Origin: Vicugna vicugna
Lineage: Eukaryota
Length of the DNA stretch: 64,000 bases
Assembly: GCA_013265495.1 (NCBI GenBank)
Contig: MU059523.1
Span: 1,533,761 to 1,597,760, forward strand
Direction: 5' to 3'
In this document: positions 38,691-50,659 of the stretch, in pieces
How positions within the stretch are numbered: position 1 is the stretch's first letter
How the letters are laid out: each line of letters starts with the position of its first letter
Translations under genes and position numbers: made by a program
Notes under the pieces: generated by a model
Seen by the model: the letters and a program-made list of their open reading frames with translations, nothing else
What the model was told of the DNA's origin: nothing
Databases searched by the model: none

Positions 38691-41600
38691 AAAATCATAA
38701 CTTACTGAATTACAAAGTTAAACCAATTTTTCAATAGCATTTTAAATGATACATATTTCACTTTTTAAAAAAGGTTGTAACATGGAAGATACATATTTGA
38801 AAAAATTAAAATTACATATAATCTTATTTACTTCCAGATAATTAATGTTAATATTTTGATACCTACCTTCCAGTCTTGTTTATGAATAATGGGTTAAGAC
38901 TTTTAAAATAGTGTTGTCCTCACTCTATAATCTACAGGGAAACGTATGCTCTTCAAACGAGGAGCTGAGGATACATTTGGCTATTTCAAAATTAATCCAC
39001 AGATGTTAACTCACATATACAAGGTCAGACAGCCTGTACAAGTCAGACATATCCCTCATTATATTCAGAAGAGAAAACCAATGTCAAGAATATTTTTTAA
39101 AGGAAAGTAGCAACCAAGGTAATGATTAGATAATCATTCATTTACTTTAATCAACAAATCAGGTTTGAAAAACTATTCTGAGAGTGAAATTTCTGAATAT
39201 GGATGACCATAGCATTAATACTCAGATTATTACTTCCATAACCCAGCCACAGATTAACTAAAACTGCACTAACCGCCTCTCAATGAATATGGATCACAAT
39301 GATTTTCTTTTCTGCTCTTTCCCTAAGGATCTCTAGTTTCAAGGCTTTAAAACAGCTCTTGAATGCTAATGCTAATGACTCCCAATTGCTATCTCTAATC
39401 CTGTCCTAACTTTAGGGCTCCAAGTGAATGTACCCAACTGTGTATCTGGTATCTTTTTCTGGATATCTAACAGGCATCTCAAATTAATGTGCTCAATATC
39501 AAGCCCCTGATTTTTTGGCAGATTAGTGTCCATGGTATATTATTTTATTACAATAGTTACCTCTCATGAGCCCATTTCAAGAGTTAGCACTTCACATAGC
39601 TAGAAATTAAGCTCTAAAAAACTAAACTTACTCATAAAAATATCTGAGTGCCTACTACTGTGTTCATTTACACACTAGTTGAGCTCAGTCAAATGTATTA
39701 AATGCAACACTGAAAACTGCTAAGGACAGTGAGAACTAATTCAAATGCACAATGTTTACTAAAATAATTTCATCAGATTTACTGCTTCTAACCTGCAATA
39801 AATAAAACTTACAGGTAAATGTCCTTCGGACTTCAATTCCCTGTCCAGGCAATTGAATCTTATGCTACAATTTTTGGTTTGGACAATACAGAACATGTGC
39901 CCAGGAATAAAGGACATAAATCCTACATATGGGTACTGTTAATTCTAATTTGGTGGTTCAGGAGCTTTGGTTCCTGGCTCTCAAAAAACTCCAGAAAATT
40001 AAGATTACTCAGCAGTTGAATTTTAGGAAATTTTGGTTTGAGATGGCAAAGGACATTTGAATTTGTGGGGAAAATAATTTTGGAAAACTAACAGAAAACT
40101 AAGTTTTCCATGATTTTAATACATTTTGCCACCAAAACTAAAATTCCAAATCTAAAGACAAAGTTCATTGAACATGAGATACTTAATATTGGAGCAGCAA
40201 TGTCATTTCATAAATTCTTGTTCCCATTCAAATAAATTCTTCTTGTGAATGAATTCTCTAATAACTCATGCTCAATACACTCATTTAGAGAATATAAGTT
40301 CTTATATTAATTATTTTTATAAATGATCTAGCTGTTTGGGCTAGTAAGCTGCATTAATATGAACTGGCTAACCAGGCAGATAAGAGATAAGGCATTTTTT
40401 AAAATCACTAATAAAAAGCATCATTTAGAAAGTCTTTTTTTTTTTTAGAAAGTCTTTTTTTTTTTAGAAAGTCTTAAATCATTTATTCAACTGGCTCTTC
40501 TATTTTTAAAAGTTTTAATATTCAAAAGCTAGCCCTCTGAAAATAATAAGACTTCAAATATTTAAAAACACACTTTAATCAGACAAAAACAAGAACACAT
40601 GAATCCTCTGTAAAATGTCTTATAATTAAGAGGTTAGAGGAATTACTGAAATTTAGAATACATTCTCAACTCTGCAATACTATACCTTACATATTAGCAA
40701 CAAAGTCTTAAATATTTTCTTTCTTTTTTCTCAAAAAACTTGTTAGTTTTTATCTGCATTAAAAAAATTTTTTAAGATTACCAAGATACCTGGAAAAAAA
40801 AGTGTGAATATAAAAGATCTACAAGTAGATATATTTCAGTATAAGCAACACAATTTCTCCTAAAAATTTCGAAAAGCCACCATCACTTTTCCCCATTTGC
40901 CTCTGAGGTTAAAACACAATACAACATGAAAGAGAAAAAAGATTCTGAAGACAGAAATTTACCACACCTTTTGGCCAAATGTGATAGTTACACTATTTTC
41001 TAAATGGCCCAAACGCTTCTATTAAAGTTTCACAGACATTTTTACATGACCAAAATTGAATCCATTACAAACACAAATTTCTTAAACTTGTTTTATGAGT
41101 CAGATGAGTGTTACTATTTTGTACTCCATGTAATTTCCATGAAATCTCAGTAAGGGAAGGAAATAGGTGTTTTTAAATTTAACACATAAGAAGTGCACAT
41201 ACTTATGAGGCAATGAGTTTGGTATGTAAACTCACTGAGCATAATTTAGGCACTCTTAGAAGAATACACTTAAATGGTATGCTAAGCACTACTCAAATTG
41301 CCTTAGAAGGATTAGTGCCACCTAACTGACAGCTAGAAAGTAAACTATTTACAGAGCATGATGAAGCTAGGTACAGGGAACCCTAAATATTTCTTGAGAT
41401 ATATTTGGTATTTACCTTGGATCATTTCAGTTCCATTTACCCTTTCTCTCAGGCTTTTACTTTCCCCACTGTTTCCTTCCTACCTCTGCATTCCTCTTAC
41501 TTCTGTTTACCTATCCCCTTGTATGTTGGGATTGCTCAAGTTTCCATCTCTGGCTTTCTTATCTGCTCCCATTTCATTTTTGTTATCTCCCCTCTCTAGG

Positions 41601-42669
41601 GACTTGATCTACTAAGTATGCGCCAGAAACTATGGAATTATACTGTTAGCTCAAGCCTGCTTCTTGAGTTATAGGCTCAAATTTTCAAATGCCTACCCTT
41701 TATATCCACCAAGAGGCAGACGGGGTACCTCTTCCCAAAACCATCAAAATCTGATTACATATTCCTCCTTCTAATTTGCCCTTTGGAATCCCAAAGTACC
41801 TCCATTTACCCAGTCAACAGAATAAACCCCAGGTGTCACCTTTAATTTTCCCCTTAAAATCTCCACAGTCAGTGAGGAAGACCAATAATTATACCTGTAA
41901 ACTGTTCCTCCAATCTGTCCTTCACAGTCATGCTGCCACTGCTTGAGTTCTGGACACCATCAGCTCCTACCTGGTCTCATGCAATAGCTTGCCTCTCAAA
42001 TTTCTAAACCAGGTTCTTCTTTTTAAAAAGGTATTTCCCATTCCCCCCATCTAACCACCACCACCACCACAAGCCTGCTTTCATACTAGTCCCATAACGG
42101 TGAAGTCTCAGAAAAACTGACCCATCACTCCACTCCTGTGGGGAAAGAGAGTAAGGCTGAGCAAGGGTTGTGTTCTGCTGCTAAAAGACTGAGAACCACT
42201 ATAAGATAAAACCATGGCATTTAACAACTTTATAAGGCCCAGCCTACCTGCTTAGCCTCAATAATACTCACTCTTGAGTAATGATTTTCAAATTGCCCTT
42301 AGAACAGTTACCACGTCAATCTAATGACCACAACCAGCACTATTACTAAAGAGAAAATACACTATACTACATGTAACAAGGGTAAATTGTTTCATGTTCT
42401 CTTCTATTTCAAACATGAGTTTGTCATGATGTAAACTTTTCCTGACTGGGAATTAGTCACCAATGTTTGAGTTCTGTTGGCAAAAAGATGAACTTTCCCA
42501 GTGTCTTGCTAGTACTGTTCCCTCTCCTTCACATAAAAATTCTTCCTTATTCTTCAATACTTAATTTAAACATCCTAAAATTAAAAGATACAATTTCACT
42601 CTCATTACATGGGCAAAAACATTACAGTCTATGGAGTGCTGATGAGAACGCAGGGATCAGGGAGTCATT

Positions 42670-43150
42670 CAATGCTTATGGAAACATTATTTGTACTTTA
42701 ATTACAGCATTTTTTTAACTAGTGGAAAAATAGGAAAAAACCTAATTATCCAAACAATGCAATACTATACAGCTGTTAAAATGAATTCACATATATCAAC
42801 ATAGAAAACCAATAGTGAATAAGAAAAGCAAATTTCTAAAAAATAAACACATTCTAAAGAATGATATTATTGGTGTAACTTTTTAAAGACACAAAATATT
42901 ACACTCTTTATGGACATAGTCATATTAATAAATATATAATATATAATATATGGATGAGAAAGATACAAACTAGTGGTTACCTCTGAGAAGGAAGGGCGAG
43001 AAAAAGTTGGAAGGACAGGGCTTTAGTTCTAACTATAATATTTCCTTTAAAAATATCTGAAGACAACAAAATAATATGTTAAGTCTACATAGCTGGATAC
43101 ACAGGTATCTAGTTATGTTCTGAAACTTTTCTATGTGGTAGAAACGTTTC
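42670..43150 (+). mobile_element. Old L1 (L1ME-like) 3' fragment
   Basis: tacagctgttaaaatgaa..., tagtggttacctctgagaaggaaggg. Diverged. Confidence 0.5.
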
Positions 43151-44959
43151 ATAACCGAAAAAATCTAAACTTTAAAAAGATCACTAAAAAGTCTACTTAA
43201 AAATTGAAAAAGCATTCAGGGGTCTTCTTTTTGCCCCTTGATCTCTGCCCTTCCCCAAATCATTCTCCTTTCTGTATTCCCATGAACCACTTATAAATAG
43301 TTATGATTTAATGTATTTTCTCCACGCATTTGCAAACCCTGTCTGTTCACAATTCCCCAGAACTTAGCAGGATGCCCAGCACTCAGCAGGTGCTCAATGA
43401 ATGAACTGGTGAATAAATATTTAAAATTGACACTTAAGACAAAGTAAGCCAATCAACAAACTTCCTGAAATGCTGGCAACAGTGACACTGAAAGCAAGCA
43501 AGCATTTCTAAAGCAGATCATAATTTTTATAACTCTTTTCTCCATTACAAAAATTGTTTTTAATGTAAAGTAAAAAATTCAAAAGTTACAACCTCCTCTA
43601 AGGAATTGGTTTTTAAAAAATACTGAGCAGAGTCAAATTCAACAAATCTTCAGTTACTTCAGTGATTTACCTTAGTAAAGGAAACTATTTTGAAGCGATC
43701 AAATCAGTGCCATTTTTAGGTACATAATTTAATAAATCTAACAATGATATTCACAAAATCATTATTGTGGCTGTAAAATTAGAATTAGTTATGCTACTTT
43801 ACACTATGTAAATTATAGATTATTTACTATGATCTTCCTAAAAATCATGAAAAAAAGTAGGTATTATTATACCTATTTCAAAGTCAAAGAGGCTGATAAT
43901 GAGAGAGAGGTTTGGATATTTCCTCAAGTTTACAAAACCAACAGATTGATACCAGGATCACAACTCAGATCTCCTGCTCTTACTTCAGGACTTGCCCCAC
44001 TATATCCTGCGAACATTCCAACATTAGCCATATATTTTACTACTGCTTGAGAACTATAAAAAGTCACTAGGCTCAATTATAATGATTAAGTTACAAAGGC
44101 CTTATCATGTTCCTTATCATGTCCTAATTCTACCAACTTTCAGTCAGAAGAGAGACAAATGAAAAAAAAAAAAAAAGAGAGAGAGAGTGCGCGCCAAATT
44201 GCTGAACTTCCCTCGAATGCAAATGCTTTACAGAACAGAGGTTTGTCTAACTTGCACATTAGAATGCTGCACAATCCACACCTAGTGGTTTATTATAAAG
44301 ATATTATATATATATAATATATGTATATAAAAAAATGAATTTTCCTAAGGCATGAAAAAACTGGCACACTTGCTGATATTTTGAAAGGCATATTTTTGTT
44401 ACATATTATGAAGTAAAGTGGCAGTGTAATAATCAACTTATACTTTACTAACTGAGAAGATACTAACATGCACCAATAAGCACTTTTCTTTACTCAGAGT
44501 ATAATTCATATAATTAAAAACATAGGAAAAGTGATCACAGTAAAAAAAATCATGTTATTTACAATTTCATGGCTGGTCACATGTTTGTAGTTTTTAAAAC
44601 CTCTCCCAGGTAAGTTTGATACAAAGTGGAAGTTGACTATCAGGGCCCTGAAGCATATTGGTCAATGATTCTGTTAATGGTGGAATTTCAGCTACTGTGA
44701 TATTCAATCCTTTTACGTCTTTATGAGTCTCCTATTTAACTGCAAATATTATGGGAGTATACCTTAACTCTCTATTTTCCGAGTTGTGTTCCACAGAATT
44801 TAAAACATTTTCTGCCAAAAAAAATTTTCATCAGTAAAACTAAAAATAATCTTTTGTTTAGGCTCATGTTTCTCTAACATATTTAATTCACAGAAGGAAC
44901 AGAAATTGACTAGAGGATGGAGGTGCATTCAAAGCAAAAAGGGATGAGAAAGTAAAGAC

Positions 44960-45540
44960 ACTGAAGGGTGCAAATCAAACCACCCTGAAATGCCATTTTT
45001 CACCTACCAAGTTGGCAAAAGACCCCAAAATGTAATAAACTGTTTATGAAAAAACAAGCATCTTCATAGGTTGCTGGTGAAGGTATACAATGGCACAGCC
45101 TCTAAGGGAAGCAATCTGGCTATGCTTAATTGAAATTTCAAACGCACATGACTTGTGACTTAGCAGTTCCACTCTTAGGTATTTTAGAGCTTGATCCACA
45201 TATCTATGAATTAACAAAAATGTTATTCATTACAGAATGTATTTTAATAAATTAAGGCATCTGTGCACAATGGAATATTGATTAAAAACTATTTAAAAAG
45301 AACAAGGTGCAGAATAGCTTAAATAATGTGTCATCATTGAGTAAAAGGGATGGGATAAAGAAAAAGAACATTTCACTGTGTTGATTTGTATACACTGATT
45401 ATTTCTGGAAGGAAAACACAAGAAATTGATTAACATTGGTTACTTTCAGAGACAGAAACTGAGTGCACAGTGACAAGAATAAGAGAAGAACTTTTCATCA
45501 TATACCCTTCTGTATCTTTTACATTTTGAACAATTTTAAT
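44960..45540 (+). mobile_element. Old L1 (L1ME-like) ORF2 end/3' UTR fragment
   Basis: tgccatttttcacctaccaagttggcaaaa...ggttgctggtgaaggtatacaatggcacagcctct...gacttagcagttccactcttagg. Confidence 0.7.
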
Positions 45541-45731
45541 GTGCTGATCCACAGATAAATTTAATTAAATAAGCAAAACATCTAGTGGAAACTAAAGCAA
45601 TTTGAAATCAATGGAAAATGACGTTCAAGACAGGAACTGATCAGAAATGAAACTCAAGAGGTAGATAGAAGCCAATTCATGAAGAGCCTTGTTTAGCACA
45701 CTGAAGATAATAAAAGTTCACCCACAATAGT

Positions 45732-45945
45732 GTTTCTCAAAGTGTGATCTGGGGACCACTTGGAAAACTGGAGAGCTTGTTAAAAACGCAAATCCCTGGA
45801 CAAAGCATCAGCAACCTTAAAGGTATGGTACAGAGAGGCTGAGTTTGGGAGTGCCCACAAACTGAATCTGAATGTTGGAGCCAGGGTAGAGGGGGCTGAG
45901 GTTCAGGTACCTGCATTTTAACAAATTCCCTGGGTGACTCCACAG
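45732..45945. mobile_element. MER5A-like DNA transposon fossil
   Basis: tagtgtttctcaaagtgtg...gagcttgttaaaaacgcaaat...ctgcattttaacaaattccctgggtgactc. Confidence 0.75.
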
Positions 45946-48900
45946 GTTACAGGGAGTTTTTGAGGAGTTCTAAGCAGAGGAGTTACGTGGCCAGATGTTC
46001 ACTTTGGATAGACCCCTCTGGTTCCTGTGTCTGGAAGATTTGAAAGGAGTGAGCTTCTGTTAGAAGGCTCTGGCAACACTCCAGATCATGTTCTTTAATT
46101 TGATAAAAAGTCACAGTGCACATACTACACTCACTGCGTATGAAGTAAAAGTACTATCTGCCCCAGAACTGCAACCTAAGCTATACCATTGTTTTCAGAA
46201 AACTAGGTAAGGGAAACAAAACCCAAGACACTGCATCTCCCAAATCTGCCAAGAAGGCAATAACTAGGAGTAATTTAAGCCAATAATTGAGAGACTACTA
46301 AATGGAATTATTCTATCCCATTAGGAAACTAGTTTTTTAAAAAATCTAAAAATGGAAACCATTAAAGGGGGTTGCTTCCGGGGCTGTGAGACTTGGAGTG
46401 GGAAGAGAGAGGGGTGAAAATTGCTCATTTCTAATTTGGCATATATTAAAAATTTTTGAAATAAAACCTTCTCTTTGACCAATAAGGCATGTTTAGAATG
46501 TCAAAACCCTTTCCAATCAGCTTTGATTAATCTCAAGGTCTAGTTTGTAGAGTGTCATCAACCGTGGTACAATAAGTTCCACATCCACTGACAACTACAT
46601 CTCTTATGATACAAGTAAACTATACTAATAGTTTAATTAGCCTTTGTAAAGTCTTGAGCTGGTAGAGGTACAACCCTGGACTAGAAATCCTCTATTCACA
46701 AAAAAAGTCATTGATCCATTAGGGGAAGGGAAAAGCAGAAATTAAAATTAAAATGTAACCAATATGAAAGAGTAACTGAAAGTCAAACTTTGACCCAGTT
46801 TGTACATGCTTTATCAACTGAAAAGTATTTCCTCTAATTGTTTAAGTTTTTACAAAGATAGAGAACCAACCATAAGGCTTCAGGGCATGAAATTATACTG
46901 GCATTTCAACCCTCATCTTCCATTTGCATTTTAACAAGTAACGTAATAGATCTATTTTGCCATAAAACCACCACGACCACCACCACCACAACAAAAGAGA
47001 ACCCTCTGATAACAAAACTTCAGGTTACCATGACACTATAGACATAGCAGCCATGATGCCAGAAGACTCAAGCAAGCACTTGGCTACTTTCTTTTATACC
47101 CAATTCACATGATTCATATACCTTAGTATCTTTTACTCCAGCAAAACAGCAAACAGTATCTATTAATCATCGTATCATTCCTATTAGAGTCCCATTTTAG
47201 AACAACTTCACACAGCCTAGTATTCTTTGGGCTGTTCCTGATCTCTGGTCTGGGCTCCACCTAACACTATTCCATTCTGAATACTGGTCTTAATATAAAT
47301 GATAAAACTCAAATCAGTAGTAAATAAACCCAGTAGAATTTAATTGAAATGATAACAAAAACGACTATTTCAAAACTGTGTTCTATAGTCCAGAAGTTTT
47401 ACTTCAAAAGTTTTCTTACTGCAAACAGCATACACAATAGGCAAATATTTACCTAGTACAGATTTCTCTTTAGATACTCAGAGTGGCTGCTATCGGTAAT
47501 TCGATTTTTAAAGACCTGATTCGCCTATCTTTAAAATGTTTTGATTAGTGGCAATCTAATCCAGAGGTCCAGGAATTAATCTAATTCAGATGCCATCATT
47601 TTTCTTGAGGCCTTGAAAAAGTTACTTAGAGTTTCAAAATACCAGAAAAGGCCTTGGAAACTGTCTAGCCCAACTCTAGTATTTCACATACTGAACTAGG
47701 TGAAAGCACTTTGAAAACTGACAATACTACAAAAAAGTATCATTTTCACCCAGGAGGTCCAAAGAAGTTAAAAGGAAGCAGAGGAAGTTAACCACAGAGA
47801 ACCTTGGCCTGGCTCCAAGCTGCTGATGCCCAATCCCACATTCTGAACATGCCAATCAAGTATACGATTTTAAATTGTTGCGGAAGGCTTCCCTAAGATT
47901 TCATGAGGAACATACTTATTATGGCTATCTGGCATTTGACAATTTCTAAAAGGCAGATCTTGCAAAATTAAGAGTACAAAGGGGCTCACCTCCTTCCCAA
48001 AACAGAAACGTTTCTGACATTACTCCCTGCCTTGTCCTCAATTTTACTCCCTAACAAAAATTCAACTACGCCAACCTCCTGCTCAAACTGTTTGCTAACT
48101 TACTGTTTAAATGTCTTCTATAAACTGCTACCTTCAAACACTTGAGGAAGAGAAGAGAAATTCGCACCTAGCATTTCCATCAGATAAATACAGGGGCCCT
48201 CTTCAATTAGCTCATTAAACAATCAAGAAGTTTAATGCTGAAAATAGATTCAGTACTTAAAGATGACTTACAATTTCATTTTGATACTCCTACAAAATAT
48301 TACCAAAAATTGCTGATGATTACTAACCAGGAGTTTACAATAGGCTGTCTATTCGTTTCCAGAATTCTACAGGATTATGGTTATAGGCCATTAATTCCAA
48401 AGCTTTTTGATGCAGTGTCAACAATTAGTGATTTCCAATTGAGATTTTTCTGGACACGGTAGGATCATTACTCCCCCTTCCCCAAAGTGGGTGGGGACAT
48501 GGGATCAGAAGCTTAAAAAAAAGAGTGAAGGCAGATAAAATAAGGGTTTTTTTTCCTTAGGTGTATTTATATACTTTGCAAGATATTAATACCTATACCA
48601 AATATAGTCTATTGTGTTGGCACTGCTACATTATAGACGTAGGAGCTTTATTTCGCAATTACCAGGTTTACCCCCCTTCTGTTTGGACCCTTCTACTTAG
48701 TAACATATTTTCAAAGTCAAATTTTCTCCCTTGCTGTTCCCAGCACCAAAGGTACGTGAGCTTTTAAAACAAACTCCTAGAATCTTGTCAGACGACCACG
48801 TTCCAGCACGGAAAAGGCTCACCGAGCCCGGCTTTCCCGAGTGCCCCATCCTCGCAATCCTCCGAGTTAAAAGGGGGTGTGTCCGCGGTACCAAGGCCTT

Positions 48901-49357
48901 CTTTTCCGCTGCCCGCTGCCTGGTCCAGGGTCCCCTTCCCCCGGGGCGGCCTGAGGAGCGGTCTGCAGAGCGTCCGGACCTCAGACACCGGCCCACCCTT
49001 CTTGGGGTTGCTGCTGCTACTCCCAAAAGAGAAGTGGGGGTGGCGATGGCACAAATGAATCCCCAAACCTCTCCCATCGTGGGAGCCCCTCTTCCCCCAT
49101 CCAAGGTTTCCTCGAGACATCCCCGCCTTGGGGGTCTCCGCACTAACAGCGACCCTCTCCCTCTACACACACACGGAGGAGGGCCTACAAGCGAAGCCAG
49201 GGGGAGTGGCGGGCTGCCAGCAGGGCAGGCAAAGCATCTAGGACTCTTTGGGAAGCATCGCCCGAGGGGGCGCGGCCGCCCCCGAAAGTCGCCGCCGAGC
49301 CGGGGAGCGAACCAGGGCCAGACAGAGACACAACGGGCGGGGGCCGCCGGGACCCAC

Positions 49358-49657
49358 CAGCTGCTTCAGATCCTCCTCCGAGAGCTCCGCGTAGCGGTAC
49401 CGCTGCTGCTCGAACTCGTACCGGGTTGTTTTGCCCACCACCACTACCCGGGACGGGCGGAAGCCGCCGTCCGGGCGGCTGCCACAGCCCGCCAGCTCGC
49501 GCGGCTGCCCCTGCCCCAGGTGCCGCCGCCCGCCGCCGTCACCGCCGAGCTGCGGCCGCGCGGCGGGGCCTCCCCCGCCCGGCCCCCTCAGCGCCGCTGC
49601 CCGGCCGCCCGCCACGCGACGACAGCTGCCCAGCAGGAAGCCTCGGTAACAAGTCAT
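49358..49657 (-). CDS. NADK2: NADK2 exon 1 (mitochondrial targeting sequence and N-terminus)
   Basis: ATG at 49657. MTCYRGFLLGSCRRVAGGRAAALRG...RVVVVGKTTRYEFEQQRYRYAELSEEDLKQL|gtgggt. 300 nt. All 12 exons sum to 1329 nt (442 aa plus stop). Confidence 0.98.
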
Positions 49658-49923
49658 CGTCCGCCCAGCAGCGGCTGCAGGCCCCGGCTCCCGCCTCCGC
49701 TCTGCGCCGCCGCGGCCTCTGTGTTCGTGCTGGGCGGGCAGAGGTTAAGTGCACCGCGGAGCGTGGCCCGCGGCGCGAGGGGGACGTGCCCAGACGTTGA
49801 TGGGGGCGGAGAAAGCCGGGCGACTCGGAGGCGGGAGAGCCCACTCAAGGGAAAGGTGGGCGGAGAAGAGCTAGCGACCTCCGGGTGGTGGGTTGTATTT
49901 GTTTGGGTAGCCTTTTCCATCCA

Positions 49924-49933
49924 CGCCTGCGCA
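49924..49933 (-). promoter_or_regulatory. NRF1-like site
   Basis: Minus strand TGCGCAGGCG resembles the NRF1 consensus YGCGCAYGCGCR. Lies upstream of a nuclear-encoded mitochondrial gene. Confidence 0.5.
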
Positions 49934-49990
49934 GTGGCCGCTTCCCTGCCCGGGGGCCGACCGCCAGCCCCACCCCTTTCCCCGTGTTCT

Positions 49991-50067
49991 CCGCCCCGCC
50001 CCTGGCCAACCTGTCAGCCAATCAGAGCCCGTCGCAGTTCCGGAGGCCGAAGGGCTGCGGGGATTGG
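49991..50067. promoter_or_regulatory. GC boxes plus two opposed CCAAT boxes
   Basis: ccgccccgccc at 49991-50001, gCCAATcag at 50018-50022 and gATTGGct at 50063-50067. Confidence 0.6.
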
Positions 50068-50659
50068 CTGCGGCCGGGGGAAGAGCTGGAATTCTATTTG
50101 GTGTTGGAGCTGCCCAAGGAGCCCCGTTGGAACTGGTCTGAGGCGGCGTGGGGGCTGCAAGTGCGATTTTGAGCACCTGGCGGGAAAGCATGGACGGTAG
50201 CAGCTCCTTGCGCGGGGTCAGTTGTTTTTCGCTATTGCACATGAGACTAGACCCTTTCATTATTACACCGAAGACTATATACCCTTTGTTTACCCATTCA
50301 ACCACCTGGTATTTAATGGCCGGTGTATCCAACGCTGGGCCAGGGGCTGAAGAGATGGACCCAGGACCAGATAGATGCACAATTTGCGGGGCCTAGCGCA
50401 AAATGAAAACGCAGAGTGCCTTTTCAGAAATTAATTATTGCAATTCAGATAGAGAGCAGTAAGCCGAGTACCAGGCTCATCAAAGCAGGGTGTTCCGTGG
50501 GACTGCGCAGGTGGCAGTCCCTGCTAACCACCAAAAAACTACTACCCCAGAGAAAGAAGGGTAGCCTTTGAGAAAGTTAGAGGATAATGGGTAGACGAGT
50601 CTAGCCAAGTGGAGTATTTCCATATATGGTTAAAAAAATAGATAGGAAAAGATTGAAGG

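Larger units (their letters stand above)
48790..50400. promoter_or_regulatory. CpG island / NADK2 promoter and exon 1 region
   Basis: Abrupt shift to very GC- and CpG-rich sequence spanning exon 1 and upstream. Boundaries judged by eye. Confidence 0.92.

Noticed and set aside
45737-45943. 68-aa ORF MESPREFVKMQVP...
   Set aside because: Typical translation of a MER5A fossil.
9584-49357. U12-type or GC-AG introns in NADK2
   Set aside because: All 11 donors are GT without the GTATCC U12 signature, and all acceptors are AG.
48697-50396. Many overlapping 70-170-aa ORFs on both strands
   Set aside because: CpG-island stop-codon depletion explains them. Only NADK2 exon 1 matches a known protein.
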